A DNA stretch of 63,527 bases, counting the filler, from Octopus bimaculoides (taxonomy: Eukaryota): the NCBI RefSeq assembly GCF_001194135.2. It is 6 parts of 6 records of this genome, joined end to end, with 100 filler letters (N's around TTAATTAATTAA, not from the genome) between each part and the next. Parts side by side here need not be neighbours in the genome. Positions count along the whole stretch, not along the records: positions 13,267 to 21,224 come from NC_068984.1; positions 21,325 to 35,069 come from NC_068994.1; 4 more parts are not named here. One strand, given 5' to 3'. Under the pieces are notes generated by a model that ran no database searches, was not told the DNA's origin, and was given only the letters and a program-made list of their open reading frames with translations. This document shows positions 13,267 through 26,303 of the stretch, in pieces. Positions within the stretch are counted from its first letter, which is position 1. Each line of letters starts with the position of its first letter. The translations under genes and the position numbers were made by a program.

Positions 13267-14014
13267 TATATATATATACACAAAGTATGAGGGTTTAGTT
13301 CACAGGTGATCTAAACGATTAGGTACGCTAGGTAAGTGCTGTAACAGATTACTAGGGCTCCAAGGTTATAGAAGAGACAGTAGTTGTGAAGCCATTGCAG
13401 ATTTCCGATGCAATGGATATATAATTGTTAAAGAGGACAACATAAACACCTCTGCTACCATTCTGTTATTGAACGTTGATATGTTCGCGTCTTTTGTTTT
13501 TCTCTCTGGATGTTTACTATATCAGGATTTTTACCCACATGGATCTACGTAGGATTGCACCTAAAGACTTATGGTCTTGTTTCTACAACATCGAAAAGTT
13601 GAATTATGAACTTTTAGGATTCTTTTTCTTCCCTCTCTCCATCTCCTTATTCCTTTACTCCCTTCTTCAATGTCGTCATCTCATTAATATATAGCATTCG
13701 CATTTTCCCTATTTTGTTCTCCCTATTTTTCTCTGTGGCAGAATATTTTATACTCGGAGACATCCCAGAAACAGGTGTAAGACTGAAATTTTTCCAATAA
13801 TAATATTGTATGCGACTTGAGATGTTTGCTTTGCCTTAATGCTTGTTGACCTCTTTAACAATTATATATATATATATATATATNNNNNNNNNNNNNNNNN
13901 NNNNNNNNNNNNNNNNNNNNNNNNNNNNNNNNNNNNNNNNNNNNNNNNNNNNNNNNNNNNNNNNNNNNNNNNNNNNNNNNNNNNNNNNNNNNNNNNNNAT
14001 ATATAGATATATGA

Positions 14015-14063
<49 letters not shown>

Positions 14064-14067
<4 letters not shown>

Positions 14068-14397
14068 GGCGTAACTGAGTGGTAAGAAGCGTGGCACCAC
14101 GGACAAGTGTCTTCTACTATAGCCTCGAGCCGACCAAAGCCTTGTTAGTGGATTTGATTGACGGAAACTGAAAGAAACCCATCGTATATATGTGTATGTT
14201 GTTTGTGTTTGTACCCTACCGCCGCTTGACAACTGGTGTTAGTGTGTTTACATCTCCGTAACTTAGTGATTCGGCAGAAGCGACTGATACAATAATAAGG
14301 ATAACGACTTGGGTTTGTTGGTTTGGCTAAAAACTTGTTCACGACGGTGCTCCAGCATGGCCGCAACCTAATAGCGGAAACAAGTAAAAGAAAAGAG
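14064..14397 (+). mobile_element. SINE family A with a deletion in the head
   Basis: Head, body and GAAACAAGTAAAAG tail match other copies. Confidence 0.8.
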
Positions 14398-14801
14398 ATG
14401 CCTATGTACATACACGCACGCGATCATAAAGCAGTCACTTTGATTTTTGGACCGGGCAGTACGTTGTGTCTTTGAACATGTTATTTCATTTCGTATTGCA
14501 CCTGTTTATTCAATGCTATGAATACTAAACTAGTGCTGTGTAGCCGTCTCTTCCTTCAGTTACCAAATTCTGGCTGCTCTGTTAGATCAAAGGGGAAAAA
14601 GCCGAAACGGTCTCTATGTCTACTCACGACCTAGAACATTTAGCTAAAGCATGATACATACTACCACATCATCCGCAATTTGGCGTGACGGCCATAGTGT
14701 GTGTCTGTGTGTATATGTAAATATATATATGTATGTGTGTATGCATGTATGTATGCATGTATGTAAGTATGTATGTATGCATGCATACATGCATACATAC
14801 A

Positions 14802-14833
<32 letters not shown>

Positions 14834-14895
14834 CACATACATACACAATATGCATGGGCATATATGTATGAAAATATATGTATGTATATTTTATG

Positions 14896-14932
<37 letters not shown>

Positions 14933-17427
14933 CCACGCACGCACATATGTTAATGTAACTGTATAAAGATACAAATATCTGTAACCACCATGATGTCCAT
15001 ATAATGGTATTTATGTTTTTTTCTTTATAATAGATTTCCTCGCAAGTTTATAAATTGTTTACTTCAGAAGGGGTAAATAGTTGTTGTGACACTGAACTCT
15101 TTATTAAAAGCATTATTAGCGTAAGTAAAAGTAACTGGAAACTAACATGAGCGGCAAGACTAGAGCCTCCGAAAACTTACTTCCACAGCACTGCACCCGC
15201 TACATTCATATTGTTAATGATGGCAGACATAGCGGTAGCATATCATGTAGAGCAACTATATTTAAGAAGTTATGTTGGTTCGAAAAAGGAAAATCAATTA
15301 GATGAAACCTCAAAATGAAAACATCTAAATCTAAATTCCTTCTAGTTTGATGGAAAATACGTTTCTCCGGAAGTGTTATTCACCCTTTCTTGAATTGATT
15401 AGCATTTTGAAAATGACAACCAAACATCAGCAAAAACATCAATTGGAAGAGAAAACGATGCAGAACCATAAATAAAACCATTAAGGAAAAAGTAAATGTG
15501 AAAGTAAAAGTAAAGAATTAGACTGCTGTTTACATAACATACTGCAACTTGGATTGAATTCTACTAATTATATCTAAAATGTATACCATCGACATTTTTT
15601 ATTTCTTTATTTAGAAGATATAATTATGAAAAAGAAACTGCAGGGCCAATTATATACTTCTCCGACTATTAGTAATGATATCTGCTCTTTGACAAGCAGT
15701 AAGCAGTAAGCCGGGGCCAGCCTTACATTGCTGGGGGCCGGGCAAATTGAATATATACATACATACATACATACATACATACATACATACATACATGCAC
15801 ACACACACACACATACACACATATATATATATATATATTACATTTGCACAAAAAGTAAGACATGTAAATATAAGGAATAAAGTGCTTTTGCAATTTATTG
15901 AATACGTAAATAAAGAGTTTATATTTATTTTCATTATTCCTTTCTATTTCGAAGATCCCAAATATACCCCCAAACAAGTTACACCCCGGACCACAGCTCA
16001 AGTTTCCAGTATTACATGTTTTTTTTCTTTTATTTTGTCTACATTTCCTACTTTCTGAATTAAGATCATCTTTTGAAAGACTTTATTTTCCATGCTCGGG
16101 GTTGATAAAATGATAACAATAAACTTCCATGACTGATTGTGTCAATTGTATCTCAATAAGAAACTTACCAATTCAGTTGTGTTACTACAGTGTTATTTAT
16201 TTTTAATAAAGATTTCTTGTATTGATACAAAAATATACATATTTATACGCAACTTGCACGGTAGTGGGTAAATATACCACAGTTATACACGCTTTCAGCG
16301 CATATACATTGTGAGTTAGTTTGAAGTAACAAATGAAGAAATAATAGAGGAAGCGAAAGCGTGAAATCTAAATTCAAATGAAACAATTTTGTTTGTATAT
16401 TCATAGTTGTAAATGCAACCAACTGTCTATTAATGTAAAACATTTTTAAATATTTATTTTATATTTTCTACAACTGATTGTTGTTTATATCAATCTTATT
16501 GATATAATATTGTATTTTATTTTCTTCTAATATCCGATTCTTATGACCAAACAAAAAAGCCTTATCTTCAAGGGAAGGGAAAATTGAAATTGTGATTCTC
16601 ATGCCTTTCACAAAAATATTGGCGATAAAGTGAGGTAACATAGCCTAGAGCATAGTTTATAGTGCTTGACACATACACAACTAATATTGTGTGCTAGTTA
16701 ATCAGACATATATTCATCTAAATAAGATTCAAACACAACTCCAGTTCTAAGTGAATAGTGTGTCATTTTCTTTTTGTTATTACCTTTTACTTTTAATTTT
16801 TCAAAATCTAATTTAACTTCTGTACACCATGTATGTGTAACCCGTGACTGTCGCAGTTTTTCAAATCAAAGGATACCCAACTAACTACCAAAGGGCTATG
16901 CTAGTCTACCTATATATAAATATATGTTATATGAGATAGATTTAACTTAGAATAGCGAGGAAACAGGTGCCATGTTGTTATTATTAGCATGTAAAGCAGA
17001 AAATCTGACATGCAGATGCTGCATCGACTATACATAGAATTATAGGTAAGAATAATCATATTAGTGTATCTGTGTAGAGAATTGATGTATGTTTACATGA
17101 GGATGGGATTTGTAATTATTGCTGTTCAAGAGGTTTTCAGGAAAATTTGTCTAAAAACAACTTTGTCTTAAAACATTCTTAAGATAGATACACATTTGTG
17201 TGCTAATGCCACGAATGTGCGAATACATAAGGGAAAATAAATTGTTTGAATTCGTAAAAATTTCAAGTGTGCATATATAGATACAGAATTTGTATTCATA
17301 ACTTGAATTTACAGAATGGTGTGCACATTTGTATACCTAAGTTTGTGTACGCACACAAAGGCATGCGTGCATGACAAGCTTAAACTAAGTTATCTTAGAA
17401 AAATTATATACAGCAAAATGTACTCAC

Positions 17428-19165
17428 CAAACTTTGATATGAATTTGACACTAAGGAAATAAGCCAATAATTCCGAAATATGATTGAATACGGATGCCAC
17501 ACCAAATAGCGTAGGAGATCCACCCAAGTCTTGTAGGTGCCAAAAAAGAAAAGTGAAAATAAGTCCAATTCCAAATCCCATAAACCAAGCAACAAATAAT
17601 ACTGACATATAACGAAGATTGGCCAACATCTTCAATACAGTTATCCATTTTCCAAAATAGGTCTCCTCTTCGAATGTCTTTCCACTTCCACTACTCTGTC
17701 CCTTTACTGTGTCACTAACCATGTCATTTTGTTCACCGAGTGAGATATGCAATTTATCGGATGGAGGTTTTTCTTGAAAAGTTGGTTCGATATGCGCTTT
17801 GTCTTTAGTATAATAATCGAAATCGTCTTCTTCTACGAGTCGCATTCGGTCAATCTTCCTTCGTCCGGTGACTGTTTCTTTAATCTTTTCCTTAATCTGG
17901 GATGCAATTTGTTTTAAAGGAATATCCATAATTCCTTGCTGGAAGGCAAAATTGAACTGAGTTGCTGTAATAAAGGCGCAACTCATGAGGACAGAAAAAA
18001 CAGCAAAGCATACCACGTAATTTTTCTCACCCTGTTCTTGAGTACCACAAGGATGGTTTGGAAATGTTGTTGAATGATCAAGCGCCATTCCAACCAAAAA
18101 CATGGCAACTCCCCATCCGAGTGAACCAAACATTCGCTGTCTCCCATAGTTTTCAACATCATCTCCTAGATATGCCAATGTTACAGAATCTGCAAGAGTT
18201 ATGGCAGGCGCACTGAAGAATTCCCCAACGACGATTAGAACAAGCAAGACAAAGAATACCTGCTGCACCTGGTCCTCACGATAGACAATGGTGCTGAAAC
18301 GCGGGCTTACCAAACCAGCAACTTGTTCCTTGTTCTTATTGGCAATCTTAGAATGGTCGATTTCGTATCCCTCATGCTTAGGTCTTTTGCGTTTAGAAAT
18401 AAAATGAGATAGGTATTCCTTCGTTGAAAATAAATCAGCGGGATCTCGATATCGACCGGTTACATCGTTTCTTTTTATATAATAAGGACCACCAGAATCA
18501 CTCGTTCCCAAATCTTGATGATACAATCCGTTCATAAAATTTTTTAGTGAATTAGAATGAGATTCTGTAAGAGATAAGGCACTGTCATCGATCAGAAGAT
18601 TTTCTGGATTTATCCAGTTTTCGGCAGAGGCCACTTCCCTTCGTCGTCTCTCGTATGGTTCAGAAAGAAATAGATGCGTTGAGTTAGTTGAGATACAAGA
18701 ATGGGCAGGAGGTCGTACAAAGGCCAAAGATAATGTGAAAGCAATCCAACAAAATAAAGAAAATAAGAGAAGCTGCTTTCCTTTCTTCCATTTATCAGCA
18801 AAAACACCCCATAAAGGAGCACTACAGAATTCAACGAAAGGGCGAAATCCTATAAGAATGCCTCCTTGGGTTGGGTTCATACCAAGTTGTCTAAAATACA
18901 CTGCCATCAATGGAAAGAGTGAACCGAATGCAGCGAAAAAGAAAAAGTAGAATATCTTGGAAATCAGTAAATCTCTATTGATATAGGTAAACATGTTATC
19001 AATGAGGTCTCTCTTGCTACTTGGCATCCCAGGAAATTGGTGTTTTTGCTGTTGTTGGTACTGTTGCTGTTGATTGCCTGCATTGTTTTGGAAAAATTGC
19101 TTTTCACTTAGTGTAGGTGATCTAATAGGACTTTCCTTCAGGTTTGAACCTGCTGAATAATCCAT
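17428..19165 (-). CDS. MFSD6: Major facilitator superfamily domain-containing protein 6, large first coding exon (579 codons + 1 nt); partial gene
   Basis: DLLISKIFYFFFFAAFGSLFPLMAVYFRQLGM..EFCSAPLWGVFADKWK, APAITLADSVTL, YGRQRMFGSLGWG and FTFLFWHLQDLGGSPTLFGVASVFNHISE match MFSD6 family motifs. In-frame TAA at 19216-19214 lies upstream of the ATG. Donor TTTG|GTGAGT (GT at 17427-17426) follows KFISKF, so the ORF-track tail EYILLYIIFLR is intronic. Confidence 0.93.
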
Positions 19166-20521
19166 AACTAATTTGTTGCTGTTATTACTGTTGCTTTTAC
19201 AGGCGTTATAGTCTTAGTTTGAAGTCGTTTCTTTTTATCTTTGTAATGTAATTCTCACTCTTAAATCCATTTAGAAAATGCAAAGCAGATTACTTCTTTT
19301 TTTATTTCTCGATTAGATTTTCAAACTATTATTTCATTGAGTATTTCATAGATAAAGCATTTAATATGGCCATTTCATAGCTACAAATTATCAATAATGA
19401 TGTTAATAATAATAACGTTAAGAACAAATTTTAAATAATTACATTCGTTTGATGATCAGAATCGCTTGTCAAAGTAACAATTTGGGATCCATAATGTACA
19501 TAAATTATAAATCGTGTGTTGCAATGGTAAGCTTCTTCCGTTGAAATGTGATTTCGGCTCTAGCAGTAAACTGAACAAGGATTTCTACATCACTTGTTCT
19601 ATAATACGAATGAAGGAAATTTGAATGACAGCTGGAAGGTTAGTCGTCTTTAACGTAAATTGTTGCAATACAAAGCTAGTCTCCGTGGATGTGGCAAGAG
19701 ACTGTTTCAATGTGCTGTCAACTGCTTTCACACAATTTCTGAAAGGGCTAACAACTACCTATAAACATAGTCGCATACAGAAATAAATTTTGATATACAT
19801 ACTTCCTTTCCTACTAACTCTTCTATTCCTTCAATGCTCCTTCAGTATTTTTCCATAGACTGCAACGCTTCTCTGCTTCTGATACCCTATTTTATCCAGC
19901 TGATACTTCCTTATTTATAAATTCTCCAGCAGTATCATCAATACTTTCTTCCAGTTACATATAGCCAAGCTACTTTCCCTTTCTCTTTCGCTCATCTTTT
20001 CATATTTCTATTTTTAGCTTTATTCCTCCTCTATCTCCTCCTCTTCTTCTTCTTCTTCTTCTTCTTCTTCTTCTTCTTCTTCTTCTTCTTCTTCTCTCCT
20101 CCCTCTCTCTCTTACTCTCTCTTTCTCTCTATCTATCTATCTATCTCTATCTCCACTCTACTACTGCTACTAATGTTACCTGACAGCTAGCATTGCAGCT
20201 GCAACTGTTACTGCTGAAAGTAATTCAGATGATATTCAATGAGATGAAATGTAAGTCAGCCGACAATAGTCAGTAGCTACCAGCATCATTATAACAATGA
20301 GCTGCCTTGTATCAGTAACCGACATGAGCTGATCGATTCACAATACCCTTTATTTTTTAATGTATTTTTTACAAATAAGATGGCTTTAAAACAGTTATTC
20401 TAGAAATAATATATCTTGAAGTTTCATGATCTCAGATTATTTGTTTTCCGTATAAGAGTGTATGAAATAAAGTAAAAATAAATGGAATATGTGTCTGTGC
20501 GTGTGTGTTCATATATGTTTA

Positions 20522-20666
<145 letters not shown>

Positions 20667-20670
20667 CTTT

Positions 20671-21068
20671 TCTTTTACCTTTTACCTTTTACCAGTTTCA
20701 ATCATTAGACTGAAGACGTTCCGGGGCATCGCCTTGAATTTTTAGTCGAATGAATTGATCCCAGTACTTATTTTTCAAGCCTGGTAATCATTTTATTGTT
20801 TTTTTTTGCCGAACCTCTAGGTTATGGGGACGTAAACACAGCAACATCATTTGTCAAGTGGTGATGGTGGGGTACAAACATGGACACGCACATAGATATA
20901 TATACGACGGGCTTCTTTCAGGTTCCGTCTACCAAATTCACTCACAAGGCTTTGGCCAGCCCGAGACTATAGTAGAAGACACTTGCCTAAAGTCCCACGC
21001 AGTAGGACTGAACCCGGAACCATGTGATTGGGAAGCAAGCTTCTAACCACACAGTCACACATGCGCCT
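20671..21068 (-). mobile_element. SINE family A, full length
   Basis: Tail, body and head all present in reverse orientation. Confidence 0.82.
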
Positions 21069-21074
21069 ATATAC

Positions 21075-21109
<35 letters not shown>

Positions 21110-21112
<3 letters not shown>

Positions 21113-21224
21113 TATACATAAATGGCAATTTCTGTCTGTCAATCTGTCTATCTGTCTGTTACCATCTTGCTACCTATTCCAGTGAACCAATCTTGACAAA
21201 ACTTTGTATACAATTTAAACCAAC
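21110..21224 (+). mobile_element. Possible Helitron/Helentron-derived non-autonomous element, 5' end
   Basis: ATCTTATACATAAA..TGTCTGTC..TCTGTCTG..GAACCAATCTTGACAAAACTTT resembles the DINE-1/HINE layout; cut by the linker. Confidence 0.4.
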
Positions 21225-21324
21225 NNNNNNNNNNNNNNNNNNNNNNNNNNNNNNNNNNNNNNNNNNNNTTAATTAATTAANNNNNNNNNNNNNNNNNNNN
21301 NNNNNNNNNNNNNNNNNNNNNNNN
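21225..21324. other. Artificial 100-bp assembly linker 2
   Basis: 44 N + TTAATTAATTAA (21269-21280) + 44 N. Confidence 0.95.
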
Positions 21325-21326
21325 AT

Positions 21327-21361
<35 letters not shown>

Positions 21362-21374
21362 CATACATATATAT

Positions 21375-21537
21375 GACGGGCTTCTTTCAGTTTCTGTCTA
21401 CCAAATCCACTCACAAGGCTTTGGTCGGCCTGAGGCTATAGTAGAAGACACTTGCCCAAGGTGCCACGCAGTGGGACTGAATCCGGAACCATGTGGTTCG
21501 TAAGCAAGCTACTTACCACACAGCCACTCCTACGCCT
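21375..21537 (-). mobile_element. SINE family A head
   Basis: Reverse complement of AGGCGTAGGAGTGGCTGTGTGGTAAG..GAAAGAAGCCCGTC. Confidence 0.85.
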
Positions 21538-21550
21538 ACTAATAATAATT

Positions 21551-21748
21551 TTCTTCTATAGGCACAAAGCCTGAGATTTTGAGGGAAGAGAGCAAGACAG
21601 TTACATTGACCCCAGTGTTTGACTGGTACTCATTTTATCAACCTCCAAAAGGATGAAAAAAGCAAATTTGGACTTGAGACATAAAGTCAGATGAAATACT
21701 GCAAAGTATTTTGACTGGCATGCTAATGATTTTGCCAGCTTACCACCT
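21551..21748 (-). mobile_element. SINE family B, tail B2, CpG-decayed
   Basis: Aligns to 5423-5652 with CpG replaced by TG/CA; AAT tracts on both sides. Confidence 0.75.
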
Positions 21749-21769
21749 TAATAATGATAACAAACAAGT

Positions 21770-22160
21770 AAAATTGAATTTGCTCACTGATTGATCCATC
21801 ATGTCTATTTGATACTAGGATTGTGAAGAGAGTTGATGAAAAGTTGAAAAAATACAAGCCCTTAAAGTTTGAGATAGGGAGGATTTGGAACATAATATCT
21901 GTAAAGGTTGTACCTATGATAACGGGTGCATTAAGGACTGAGTGAAGAAACATGCAGATGGATAAAGAAGATTGAATGGAATGTCTTGCAGAGCTTCTAC
22001 AGAACATCTGTCTCATAGGAACAAGAAAGATCACCAGAAGGATTTTGAGCATCTGATGGTTTATTAAAATCATGTGGATATCTAAGGTTACAGGTAGTAA
22101 CCTGCTACTCTATAAATTCTACCAGGAATAAGACCAATCCTGAATTAATAATAATAATAA
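21770..22160 (+). mobile_element. R4/Dong-like LINE 3' fragment
   Basis: CSLIDPSC..EKLKKYKPLKFEIGRIWNIISVKVVPMITGAL..LQNICLIGTRKITRRILSI* (TGA 22054-22056), then UTR and (AAT)n. Confidence 0.82.
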
Positions 22161-22176
22161 CAATAATAGTAATAAT

Positions 22177-22380
22177 CTTTTCTACTATAGGCTTGAAATT
22201 TTTGGGGAGAGGACTAGCTGATTACATAAACCCCAGTGTTTCACTGGTACTTAATTTATCAACCCCAAAAGGATAAAAGGCAAAAGTCAACCTTGATAGA
22301 ATTTGAACTCAGAGCATGAAGACGGATGACATGCTGCTAAGCATTTTGCCTGGTGTGCTAATGATTCTGCCAACTTGCCT
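22177..22380 (-). mobile_element. SINE family B, tail B2
   Basis: Core and boxes as at 5423-5652. Confidence 0.75.
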
Positions 22381-22390
22381 AAAGATAATT

Positions 22391-22715
22391 CCCTATGACA
22401 GCAGAGTTGACACCAAAGAAATGGAAAAAAATTGAGAAATACCAGAATCTAGCCAGAAAACTGAGAAGACTGGAAGACTAAGACAACAATTATTCCTGTA
22501 GTAATAGGTACACTTGGTGCAACACCCAAAATGCTACCTAAAAGACTGAAAGGAATTGGAATTGTAACATGCATTATCAACCTGCAGAAAAGTACCATCC
22601 TATATTCTGCAAGAATCCTAAGAATAATTCTTGAGATTTGAGGAGACTCATTGTCACCAAATCTCAAAATGAAATACCTGCAAACTAAATTAGCATGCAC
22701 TAGCATAATAATGAT
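22391..22715 (+). mobile_element. R4/Dong-like LINE 3' fragment
   Basis: PYDSRVDTKEME..EKYQNLA..IIPVVIGTLGATPK..LQKSTILYSARILRIILEI*, ending in ATAATAATG. Confidence 0.82.
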
Positions 22716-23994
22716 GATGATGAAGACGATGATGATAATTTGTATTCCAAATAATTAAAATTAAAATATATACTTACATACTCATCTTTTGATATCTTTT
22801 TTGAATGGATGCCTGTAGGCAATAGAGTTCTTGAAATATATCTATTTGATATTAATTCACTGAAAATGAAAAAAATAAATATGTTCATTTAATTGAAATT
22901 AAATTAATTTTATTAAAATATTCAAAATATTGTGTAAGCAAAATGTTGCATGAAAAATAAATGTTCCATTTTCTAGAATTTCTTTTCATTAAACAGAAAA
23001 CCAATATTTTATAGATGTGTGTAAATCAATTAAATCAATGTCAGCATATTATTGATATCTAATTTTACTAACTCCAAAGAAGCATAAAGTAAATTTGAAT
23101 TCAGAAATAAGGCACTAAATTAGATATAGTAAAACATTTAGTGAAGCAGTCTCCATTTTCTAAGATTATCACTAACATCATAGGTAGCATCTGTTTTTAC
23201 ATGCTGATATAGTTATATGGACCAGTACATCAGTATGAAAAGTTTTCATGTATTTTATTATCTATCAGTTTTTGTCTGCTATCATCAATCAATTTTCTTT
23301 TATGATAAACTATTTTGTTATCTTGCAATGTTCAGCACAACTCACTTCATGGGCACTAAGCAAAATAAGAGGCAAAACGTGTGTGTGTATGTGTGTGTGT
23401 GTTCCTTGAATAATTTATATTGAAAACAAAACAGTTCAATAATATCTTGATGTCTAAGTTTCATTCTTTTTGTTTAAATACATTTATTACAAACTTATGA
23501 AAAGAAAATGCTTCTAAATTATTTATTTAAATATTACTAGATAAACAAGAAACAATGAATGTGAAAATTATTAGATTTGTTAGTGAGACAAAGTATTAAC
23601 AGATACATCAGAACATTTTAAACCACAATTCAAAATTATACAAAACCCCAAAGAAATTTTCCATCTTTTGACATAAATCATTTCTGTATCATTTCAGTTT
23701 TTGCCTGTACTGTGTAGAGATGCAATGATTGAGTAGATAAGTCATTGGACAATCTATTAATGAGTCATACATTCAAATAATGCATTGCTTGTGCTTGTTT
23801 TTGAGCATATCACTTTATTCCATATTGCCTTAGTTTACCTGTAATTAGGAAGAGATACTGCAGGTTTTAAGAATGAGTTATGTTATAGGAGAGTTCACTA
23901 GTCACTTCAATCTGCCTTGCCATTGAAGTGTGACATTTAGTGATTGGATGTGTGTGATGGGTGGTGTGGTACAGCCATTCTGTACATGTTAAAT

Positions 23995-24068
23995 TCAACA
24001 TGTACAGGTATCCTCTTCTATGTAGCTTTCTTCTTCAAATCCAAATGTATTACCACCATATGTACTGC
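23995..24068 (-). CDS. Candidate terminal coding exon of an unidentified gene: (G)STYGGNTFGFEEESYIEEDTCTC*
   Basis: Acceptor TTACACTTTTTATAG (AG 24070-24069); phase-1 start matches exon 48170-48063; TGA at 23997-23995; followed by >1 kb of repeat-poor AT-rich sequence with AATAAA hexamers. Confidence 0.5.
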
Positions 24069-24798
24069 CTATAAAAAGTGTAAGTATTCAGTGACAACAG
24101 TTAGTGAAAACATCAAACTGTATTTGCTAGTGTGATTTATAGTTTTGCCACATTTCTGATTTTAGAAAAAACATTCCAGAGGAGTATAATTTCTAAAATG
24201 TATCTGTAACATTTTAGTTTGTATTTGTGAAACTGGTTTAGTCACCAGTGTATAATGTCTGATTTACAAATGTAATATTTTTGGCATTGGCATGGTGTGG
24301 AGAAGAGACATTGATTCAAAAGGGTATTTTGAAAGGAGCAACTGATGATTTTCTCTGAAGTGTACATATATTTATTTTCTTCAAACATTACTAAGAGATA
24401 TTTTGAAGAACTCTTGAGAGAGAACAGTTAAAATACAGTAAATTTACATGTTTGAGGGTGATGCAAAAATAACATAGAGTGTGTGTGTGTGTGTGCGTTC
24501 ACATCAAACTAGTTGGTTATCAGATTTTGACAAGGATCTACAGCACATGTGAAAGAGTCCCTATTGATAACACAGCATAGGTAGTCATTGTAGTTGCAAA
24601 CTATTTTGATAGTTGTTGCTTATGGTACTGGTTACAATTTACAGGATGTGGTAGTGATAATGATGCTGACCACAGACCATTGTTATCTTTGGTCTGAGCC
24701 AAAGGAGAAACATTCTATTGATGTCCTTGTAGATGCACCTCTCTGTTGAGAGCTAGATCCCAACTAGCAAATGATCCAGTGGTCTGTTTAATTTGATT

Positions 24799-24962
24799 CA
24801 GTCATGGGCAACTTATGGCCTATGGGTTGCATGTGGCCTGCAGGACTTTCTGAATTGCATGTCAAATGAAAAATTAACTTCAATTTATTTTAGTAGTGCA
24901 GCCTACTTAATAAGTCATGTCTCATGTAGACTGCTTCTTGGTAAAAAGGTTGCCCATTCCTG
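24799..24962. mobile_element. hAT/Charlie-like MITE
   Basis: Ends CAGTCATGGGCAAC / GTTGCCCATTCCTG; imperfect 8-bp flanks ATTTGATT / ATTTAATA. Confidence 0.65.
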
Positions 24963-25347
24963 ATTTAATACAATAGAAGAATAAATTATGGACAGTGGTG
25001 GACATAAAAAGATTAAGTTAACACTTATGATTGGTCAAAAATACCAAATAAATAATTTTTCTGTTGCTAATGTTTCCAAATAAAACAAACAGCTTGAGAA
25101 GTGACGTTATGAACTATGCTTTAAAAATGCTGAATGAACCTAAAGTTTTAGGGCTCAAATCCTGGTTAAACTTCTTATTACATATTCCTATTTCAAAAAA
25201 AAAAAAATTGAGTTGCTATAATTTTTGGTGGGATAAATCTTTATAGTTATAAGGCTTCCTTCTTAACTTAATTTCTTAAGAATAACTTTCAGGGAAGCAA
25301 CGACAAATATGACACTTTATATTGATAAGCATATAAAGAAAATTTGA

Positions 25348-25570
25348 CTGGCAAGCTGGCAGAATTGTTAGCATGCTGGACGAAGTGCTTAGCAGTATTT
25401 CATCTGTCTTTATGGTCTCAGTTCTAATTCTTCCAAGATTAATTTTGCCTTTAATCATTTTGGGGTTGATAAAATAAGCACCAGTTGAACACTGGTGTTG
25501 ATATAGTTGGCTTACCAACATACCCCTAAAATTACTGGCCTTGTGCCAAAATTTAAAATTATTATTACTT
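25348..25570 (+). mobile_element. SINE family B, tail B3
   Basis: Head and core plus tail AAATTACTGGCCTTGTGCCAAAATTTAAAATTATTATT. Confidence 0.75.
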
Positions 25571-25826
25571 GTCAGTAAAAATCTCAATAATAAGTCAAAT
25601 GAATATACTATAACAGACATCAATTTAGAAACCTCCCATTTATAGAGAGGGAAAGAAAGAAAGGTGGGGAGAGAGAAAGAGGGAAAGAGGGAGAGAGAGT
25701 GGGGAAGAATAACTTAGTGGTACTGTACTGTAGTGGTGGTTTACATAGCTGAAATCAAATCTTCTCTCGGGAGAACAAGTGATTAGTACTCTTTAGCAGT
25801 GTAACAATATTGTAGTATTATAGCAT

Positions 25827-26216
25827 GGAGGCGCAATGGCCCAGTGGTTAGGGCAGCAGACTCACGGTCATAGGATCACGGTTTCGATTCCCAGACTGGG
25901 CGTTGTGAGTGTTTATTGAGGAAAAACACCTAAAGCTCCACAAGGCTCCGGTAGGGGATGGTGGCGAACCCTGCTGTACTCTTCCACCACAACTTTCTCT
26001 CACTCTTACTTCCTGTTTCTGTTGTGCCTGTAATTCAAAGGGTCAGCCTTGTCACGCTGTGTCACGCTGAATATCCCCGAGAACTACATTAAGGGTATAT
26101 GTGTCTGTGTCTGTGGAATGCTCAGCCACTTGCATGTTAATTTCATGAGCAGGCTGTTCTGTTGATCGTATCAACTGGAACCCTCGACGTCGTAAGTGAC
26201 GGAGTGCTAACAACAA
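25827..26216 (+). mobile_element. Full-length tRNA-derived SINE, family C (OR1-like by recall)
   Basis: A box TGGCCCAGTGG, B box GGTTTCGATTCC, (ACA)n tail; 12-bp target-site duplication AGTATTATAGCA at 25814-25825 and 26217-26228. Confidence 0.88.
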
Positions 26217-26303
26217 AGTATTATAGCAAATAAAGTATAATATGGAGTTAATTTTTCTCATGATAATGAGTCCTTTTATAGTTAGTTAATAATATTGAAC
26301 TTA

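Noticed and set aside
15050-15260. YATAMSAIINNMNVAGAVLW before a minus-strand donor, as a downstream MFSD6 exon
   Set aside because: No acceptor, and no match to the expected MFSD6 sequence
17390-17427. ORF extension EYILLYIIFLR after KFISKFG
   Set aside because: Lies beyond the GTGAGT donor and does not match the MFSD6 continuation
23989-23997. TGA read as selenocysteine (CTC-U-I*, a CxxU-like end)
   Set aside because: No AUGA..AA..GA SECIS core found in the ~350 nt inspected downstream; the nearby hairpin lacks the quartet. SECISearch on the full UTR would settle it
25827-25905. tRNA gene (also at 61120)
   Set aside because: A/B boxes continue into SINE bodies, and the 25827 copy has a TSD; no proper cloverleaf
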